This document shows, in pieces, positions 57,276 through 62,161 of a stretch of 62,161 nt of DNA. Position numbers and translations under genes: made by a program. The stretch comes from an uncultured Candidatus Saccharibacteria bacterium (GTDB lineage: Bacteria > Patescibacteriota > Dojkabacteria > J137), in the NCBI GenBank assembly GCA_964620955.1, contig CAZUKH010000002.1:78451-140611 (forward strand), given 5' to 3'. Each line of letters begins with the position of its first letter. The stretch's first letter is position 1. The notes beneath the pieces were generated by a model. That model was not told the DNA's origin. It did no database searches and saw only the letters and a list, made by a program, of their open reading frames with translations.

Positions 57276-58064
57276 GTGGCATCTACACTTGGTACTAGGC
57301 TTAAATATTTTAGAAAAAGAGCAGGTTTAAGCCAGTTTCAATTGGAAATTGACACTGTATCTTCTCCTGGCTCTGTAAGTAGAATTGAAAGCGGTGAGAC
57401 TAACCCAAACAAAGAAACGTTGACTAATCTGGCAGATGGGCTCAAACTTAACCCCAAAGAGAGAAGCTACCTTTTTGGTAACTTCGCAAGACAGGCATCG
57501 CGAGAAGAGATTGAAGCGGCAAAAGCAGAAGTTGCCAATGAATTCAGACGAACTGATTTTTATGGGTACCTTGTTGATGAAACTCACGTTTTATTAGATG
57601 CATCAGCAGGTATGGAGAAATTATTACACCCCTATGCTTTAAAAAACTCTCCCTCTGTTGATAAGTCAAAAGTAATTGGTAAAACTATATATGAGCTTGT
57701 AACTGATCCGCAATATGGAATAGTTCAACTAATAAATAGAAATGAAGATGAGTATTACAACTTTTTAAAAGAGCAAGTTTTAATTTTCTTGCGTGAGTCT
57801 AGTTTTATGCTTGAATATGAAGGTATAAAAAGAAGTCTTGATGCAATAAAGTCGAACCCACTAGCCTTAAAAGCATGGGAAGAAATTGATAAGGAAAAGC
57901 CAAGTATTTACAACCCCAACTTTACTTCGTTTAATATGTACTTAGGTAACTTTAAGGTAAGAATGGAATACAAATCGGAAAAACTACTTTCTAATGACAG
58001 ATTTGAAGTAATTATCTACAAGCCAAAAAATATCTTCTTAAAGATTATTAATATGTTTGGATAA
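57276..58064 (+). CDS. XRE-family HTH regulator, tandem paralog (GTG start)
   Basis: LKYFRKRAGLSQFQLEIDTVSSPGSVSRIESGETNPNKETLTNLADGL. Its last 51 nt are identical to the 3' end of the upstream paralog. Confidence 0.75.
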   Translation: MASTLGTRLKYFRKRAGLSQFQLEIDTVSSPGSVSRIESGETNPNKETLTNLADGLKLNPKERSYLFGNFARQASREEIEAAKAEVANEFRRTDFYGYLVDETHVLLDASAGMEKLLHPYALKNSPSVDKSKVIGKTIYELVTDPQYGIVQLINRNEDEYYNFLKEQVLIFLRESSFMLEYEGIKRSLDAIKSNPLALKAWEEIDKEKPSIYNPNFTSFNMYLGNFKVRMEYKSEKLLSNDRFEVIIYKPKNIFLKIINMFG

Positions 58065-58186
58065 TTATCCAAACTATACTAAGAATTTCGAGGGAGGTTA
58101 GTTAAAAGAGTTTTGGGTTAGTTTTTTGTTTTAATGATTTAACACAAATGGCTAAAGTGTTTGCTCTGTGTACTTGCTAACTAGAT

Positions 58187-58528
58187 TTATTGCTTTGTAT
58201 ATTGCAAACTTACTAAGTCAAGAATATAGTATTGATTTCTTTCATACTCATCGACAAGATAACTAGTCTTAATTTTGTAGCTATTATCAGAAAGTATCTC
58301 AACTGAATTAAATCTTGGATAAATGGAAAATTCTGTTTGATCTGAGAGGGAATTAGAAGGGATTACCTTGAGAAACTGTTTAGACCTTACATCGAATGCC
58401 CATATACCACCAAACTCTTCATACTCAGCCTTAATGGGTGCAATGCAGGCATCGTAGTTTGGGTTAGCATGCCCGTCATAACTCGAGCAGTTGCCATAAC
58501 TACCCATTGTTATGGTGAAGAATAGCAA
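58187..58528 (-). CDS. Hypothetical protein. The frame is actually open upstream to 58708, so this is probably the 3' part of a frameshifted gene.
   Basis: The track ORF starts at TTG 58528. The same frame stays open to 58708 with no ATG, GTG or TTG, and overlaps the end of 58669-59091. Confidence 0.45.
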   Translation of the reverse strand: MLFFTITMGSYGNCSSYDGHANPNYDACIAPIKAEYEEFGGIWAFDVRSKQFLKVIPSNSLSDQTEFSIYPRFNSVEILSDNSYKIKTSYLVDEYERNQYYILDLVSLQYTKQ

Positions 58529-58668
58529 GGATCTACTTTTAGGTATTAAATATGCGTTGTCTGGTGCAAAATCTCCAGAAAGTACTGAAAGTTTTACCTC
58601 TTTACCAAAGTCGAATTTTGCAATAGTTTTATACTGAGCATCTTGTATTATAAGTCCGCGAAGATAAC

Positions 58669-59091
58669 CTAGCGGATTTTCTCCCCATTTATTGTGATTA
58701 ATGAATAGTTAATTGAGTACTGGTCCTGCACTGCATTCAATTTTTGAGTATTCTTAGTAGTTAAATCTGCAACTTTAATCTTCTCTTTAGATAGTTGAGT
58801 TTCTAAATCCTCGACTTGAGCCTCTAACTCTTCTATTGACAATCTAAAAGTATTGATTTTTTGCTCGGCCTCCCCAAGTAAAGCACCAAAAAGAAATACG
58901 CTAATTACTAACAAACCAGTGACAAATTTACGAAACCATGGTTTTTTAATAACTTTAAATTTTCTGTAAAAAAATCCAATAACTTTGTCGAGTAATCTAA
59001 AACCTTTTAGAATTAAACCTTTTGCTTCTTTACTTTCTTCTTTGGTCTTGGTCATTGTAATTAATTTACGTAAAATATTTTTTGTCTGCAA
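58669..59091 (-). CDS. Membrane-anchored coiled-coil protein, possible 5' part of a frameshifted gene
   Basis: 140-aa ORF with a TM helix (LLVISVFLFGALLG) and then a coiled coil. Confidence 0.5.
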   Translation of the reverse strand: MQTKNILRKLITMTKTKEESKEAKGLILKGFRLLDKVIGFFYRKFKVIKKPWFRKFVTGLLVISVFLFGALLGEAEQKINTFRLSIEELEAQVEDLETQLSKEKIKVADLTTKNTQKLNAVQDQYSINYSLITINGEKIR

Positions 59092-59213
59092 ACATTATTT
59101 ATAAAACACTGCATTAAATGTCCATGGTATTTATACTACGTTTTTAATTAAAAAACATTGTATTACAATACAAATCTTTGGGAATTAATTTTTAACTATA
59201 TATACCAAAATAT

Positions 59214-60008
59214 TCAATTAGGTTTTAAAGCTTTTTCTTCTTCTGCCTGTTTTTTTATTTCTTCTTTTAGTCTTATGCTTTCTTTGTATACTTCTTTTAA
59301 CTCTTCCCAGTATGTTCCTTCTTTTTTCTTTGCTTCTACCATTTTTTCTGCTAATTCATACTCTGGATAGTTCTTTTTTGCTTCTCTTAATGCTTCTTCA
59401 AATATTGGCTTTTCTTTTTTTAATATCTCTTCTTTTTCTTCTTCTGTTAATGGCTTTTCTGGAGCTTTTGTTTGTATGTGTATGTCATCCGGATATTTAT
59501 CCCAGTAGTCTTTTGCTACTATGTAAAACAACCAGAAATATTTAAAATATATTTTCCTGCTTACTTTCCATTCTGGCATTGCTACTGTATTTGTTTGCAC
59601 TACTTCTTCTCCTTTTACTACTATGTCATATTCTTCGGGAGACATAAGTCGCCTAGGTTCTTTAGTTGTAGCATCTGCATAAACGTTCCTAATTGTATAA
59701 GATCTGGCTATTGGGGTATATTTCTCACGTATTTTTTCACCTTTTTCCCACCTTACCCAGGTTTCAACTTCACCTGTGCCTACGCTTGCTGTGTTGGGTG
59801 TTTCAATAAAGATTCCTTTTGACCTTAGCATAACAGTCTCTGGTCCTTCAGTAGTTGCTGCTATTGGGAACATAACTTTAGAACCAAATTTTTCATATAT
59901 TTCTTTCTCAAGAGTACTTCTATCTTTCACATGACCGTATTTTACCTGATGCATATTCCCATCAGTGAACACATTATTAAAACTCTTTATTGTTAGTAGA
60001 TCTTTCAT
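59214..60008 (-). CDS. Hypothetical protein (264 aa) with K/E-rich C-terminal tail
   Basis: Clean ORF in a co-directional cluster with no recognised motif. Confidence 0.55.
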   Translation of the reverse strand: MKDLLTIKSFNNVFTDGNMHQVKYGHVKDRSTLEKEIYEKFGSKVMFPIAATTEGPETVMLRSKGIFIETPNTASVGTGEVETWVRWEKGEKIREKYTPIARSYTIRNVYADATTKEPRRLMSPEEYDIVVKGEEVVQTNTVAMPEWKVSRKIYFKYFWLFYIVAKDYWDKYPDDIHIQTKAPEKPLTEEEKEEILKKEKPIFEEALREAKKNYPEYELAEKMVEAKKKEGTYWEELKEVYKESIRLKEEIKKQAEEEKALKPN

Positions 60009-60014
60009 GTAATT

Positions 60015-60194
60015 TTACGGCTCAAACCACCAACTTGAATTTGGCATATTGTTCAAAATAGTATCGTAGCCACGCACTCTGTACTCATTACCATTTATAG
60101 TGTACCTACTTTTTGAAATTATCCCGATCTTTTGTCCTGTCTGTGGGTGGAAGACTTCGTCAAAATTATTTAACTCAAAATCTTTTTTTAACAT
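60015..60194 (-). CDS. Small hypothetical protein (59 aa), missing from the ORF track
   Basis: ATG at 60194-60192 to TAA at 60017-60015 (MLKKDFELNNFDEVFHPQTGQKIGIISKSRYTINGNEYRVRGYDTILNNMPNSSWWFEP). It ends 6 nt before the next gene start. Confidence 0.5.
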   Translation of the reverse strand: MLKKDFELNNFDEVFHPQTGQKIGIISKSRYTINGNEYRVRGYDTILNNMPNSSWWFEP

Positions 60195-60255
60195 AAACCC
60201 TGCTTCTAAAAATTGTTCTGCTGTTGTACTGGAAAAGGCTTTGATAAACCCACAC

Positions 60256-60942
60256 TCATTTTATATAAGGGATTTCCTCAAAGTTTAACCTCACTTCTGC
60301 TACCATGGCCCTCAATACGATTCCATTTGGAGCTTTATAGGATATCATTTTCGCATTATTGAAAAGACTTACCTGCTCCATTTCTTCGTATTCATAAATG
60401 CTAATCGATGCATTACTAGTTATTGTGAGTTCGTTGGGATCTAATCTCATATGAAGAATATCTTCCTTTATGGTAGTTATAAAAACTTCTTGATTAACGC
60501 TAGTTATCTTGAAATCTGCTACATTTTCTATGATTAAAACTTCTGATTGGTGGGACTTGTTAATTAGGTTATATTTAATCGCGTATAGGTTTCCTGGCTT
60601 TACAATCGATCCCTCATTATTGCAACCTTTACCAATAAGGATTAGGCTATCCTCTGTCCTGAAAATGCCAAAATGCAGCGGATCAATCTGTGGAGATAAG
60701 TATACCCCATCGAGCAAAACATTGAGCACTTCATCTCTACATGGCGAAACATACCGGGGTAGGCCGTTAGTGACATTTGATTTTTCTAGGTAATCGTTTT
60801 TAACCACAGACTCATACACATTAACATTCGATTGAAGAACAATGTCGTGTTGTGGTTGTCTCAAGATAAAGAAAGTTACGGATAATAAAACAAGTATTAT
60901 CCCTAAATAAATAAATTTCTTGACATTTCTTATGCTATTCAT
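60256..60942 (-). CDS. Hypothetical membrane-anchored protein (228 aa)
   Basis: N-terminal TM helix (FIYLGIILVLLSVTFFIL) and a 4-nt overlap with the upstream gene. Confidence 0.55.
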   Translation of the reverse strand: MNSIRNVKKFIYLGIILVLLSVTFFILRQPQHDIVLQSNVNVYESVVKNDYLEKSNVTNGLPRYVSPCRDEVLNVLLDGVYLSPQIDPLHFGIFRTEDSLILIGKGCNNEGSIVKPGNLYAIKYNLINKSHQSEVLIIENVADFKITSVNQEVFITTIKEDILHMRLDPNELTITSNASISIYEYEEMEQVSLFNNAKMISYKAPNGIVLRAMVAEVRLNFEEIPYIK

Positions 60943-62161
60943 TTTAAGCTTTTATAGTAGTGAAATACATTATCTCCATAGGTACAAACATTTCCTCTCC
61001 AATCTTGGCAATTTGTACTTTTGACTAAGCGACCACCCACATTATCATAGTAATACGTACCATTATATCTTTGAAAAGCTTCTCGCATTAGCTCGTCTTC
61101 GCTGTAATTTCCTGCTCCAATTATCCCATTCAAGTGATTACGTGCATAAGATAGTTTACTATTAAAACAAGCTTGCCCACCATCAATATTGCTCTTCCAG
61201 GACCAAATCTCTTTATACGTTGGTAAGCCATTGCATTCAGTCAGTTGTGTTAGTCCAAATCCTCCGTCAAAGGATACAACTGGATCTAACAGTCCGTTAC
61301 TAGCCGCACCAAAGTGTTTGCCATCGCGTGCTTCATACTTATATATTGCTTTTATTTCTTTAGGCATGTATGACTCTTTTTGTTCTAAGGATGGTTCAGT
61401 ACCCCAAATTTGAAAGCCAGCTTCAGTACTCAAGTTTTTATCTTCCAAAATTAAAGCTGCCGTAACTTTCCCATTTGCACCACCACCATAGTTATTACCT
61501 AATGTATTGGCGTCTAGATGCCAAATACTCGACAGGTTTTGTCCATTTAACTCCCAATAGTCACCTGTAGCTTTCCCACTTCTCTGCCTATGAATACCAG
61601 TATTAATAAAATGTTGGCCTTTCCATGTTCCATCCCAGTATTCGATCTCAACATGCCAATTAAATTTATCTTTTGTAAATTCTGATAAAGCTTTAATTTC
61701 GTTTGGACTTGTTACACCTTCGAATCTTAATACGAAATCCATTTGAGGCATATTTGCATCATTGTCCAAATAATAGATATATTCATTATTGGTTCCATTA
61801 GGATTGAGTTTAATACCGGTTAAGTTTTTTAGTGCATTATTTAAATCTTCTTCGGTGGGATTCGTATCTACGCATCTACTTCCATCCCAGGCTTGACCGT
61901 CATTGCATCGTGGGGTAGCGGTTTCGCTACATTGATTTCTCAGATCATCCCAAACTTTGGGTGGCTGGCAATTTGCAGGTAGTTCACCAGGGCAGTGAAT
62001 AAATTGAAGTGGTATATCGGTATAAATAACTGAAAATCTATAATAATTAATATTTGTTAGTTCGAATCTTTGTGTATAGAAAGTTCCAAGCCAATTTGAA
62101 CTTTCTTCTCCTGTTGGCATACCAAATTTTTGTTCTGCTCCATTATTAAAGTAATAACTCC
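60939..62161 (-). CDS. Cys-rich secreted protein with possible lytic-transglycosylase (SLT)-like C-terminal domain. The 5' end lies outside the window.
   Basis: The frame stays open upstream of Met 62120 to the window edge. YEARDGKHFGAASNGLLDPVVSFDGGFGLTQLT and FQRYNG resemble the SLT E...S..G..GLMQ...AYNAG pattern. Many paired Cys residues. Confidence 0.4.
   Translation of the reverse strand, partial: SYYFNNGAEQKFGMPTGEESSNWLGTFYTQRFELTNINYYRFSVIYTDIPLQFIHCPGELPANCQPPKVWDDLRNQCSETATPRCNDGQAWDGSRCVDTNPTEEDLNNALKNLTGIKLNPNGTNNEYIYYLDNDANMPQMDFVLRFEGVTSPNEIKALSEFTKDKFNWHVEIEYWDGTWKGQHFINTGIHRQRSGKATGDYWELNGQNLSSIWHLDANTLGNNYGGGANGKVTAALILEDKNLSTEAGFQIWGTEPSLEQKESYMPKEIKAIYKYEARDGKHFGAASNGLLDPVVSFDGGFGLTQLTECNGLPTYKEIWSWKSNIDGGQACFNSKLSYARNHLNGIIGAGNYSEDELMREAFQRYNGTYYYDNVGGRLVKSTNCQDWRGNVCTYGDNVFHYYKSLK

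Noticed and set aside
1-62161. Diversity-generating retroelement, prophage, integrative element or transposon
   Set aside because: I could not recognise a reverse transcriptase (no YxDD-type ORF), integrase, transposase, terminase or capsid motif in any ORF. The repeats found are not TR/VR-like pairs with A-specific differences.

Overview
AT-rich, gene-dense bacterial window with short intergenic gaps and standard code 11 (TGA, TAA and TAG all end long ORFs). The content looks like a Candidate Phyla Radiation / Patescibacteria-type genome, which is my inference and not a database result. Supporting signs are an archaeal-type AspRS plus GatA, a PrgI-family protein, an LPxTG-like surface protein, many small secreted or membrane hypotheticals, and low-complexity acidic and P/Q-rich proteins. 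Recognisable housekeeping genes are rsmE (partial), gatA, aspS, cca, cysS, radC, a class II photolyase, a HisRS-family gene, and four tRNAs: Gly-CCC, Gly-UCC, Leu-UAA and Asp-GUC. No integrase, transposase, CRISPR array, reverse transcriptase or rRNA was recognised. The two most interesting loci both involve aaRS-related enzymes. (1) A 327-aa protein at 20100-21083 carries the signature motifs of tRNA-dependent cyclodipeptide synthases, with atypical residues at the subfamily-defining positions and no classical tailoring genes nearby. (2) A translationally coupled operon at 52671-55800 encodes a HisRS-like class II aaRS, an amidinotransferase/DDAH-fold enzyme and a GNAT-like protein, next to two tandem XRE paralogs. 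Other points: a synthase-type exopolysaccharide cluster (1065-8241), a gene bracketed by a perfect 65-bp direct repeat (39382-40677), a structured ~123-bp tandem repeat array upstream of tRNA-Leu, a recurring AAGTTCGAACTT-containing motif downstream of accessory genes, and a 47-nt perfect direct repeat pair beside tRNA-Gly(CCC). There is also a fused thioredoxin-like/CxxC membrane protein, one pseudogene with two nonsense codons, and one probable frameshifted gene. All functional calls come from motif recognition by eye. None has been checked by a search.
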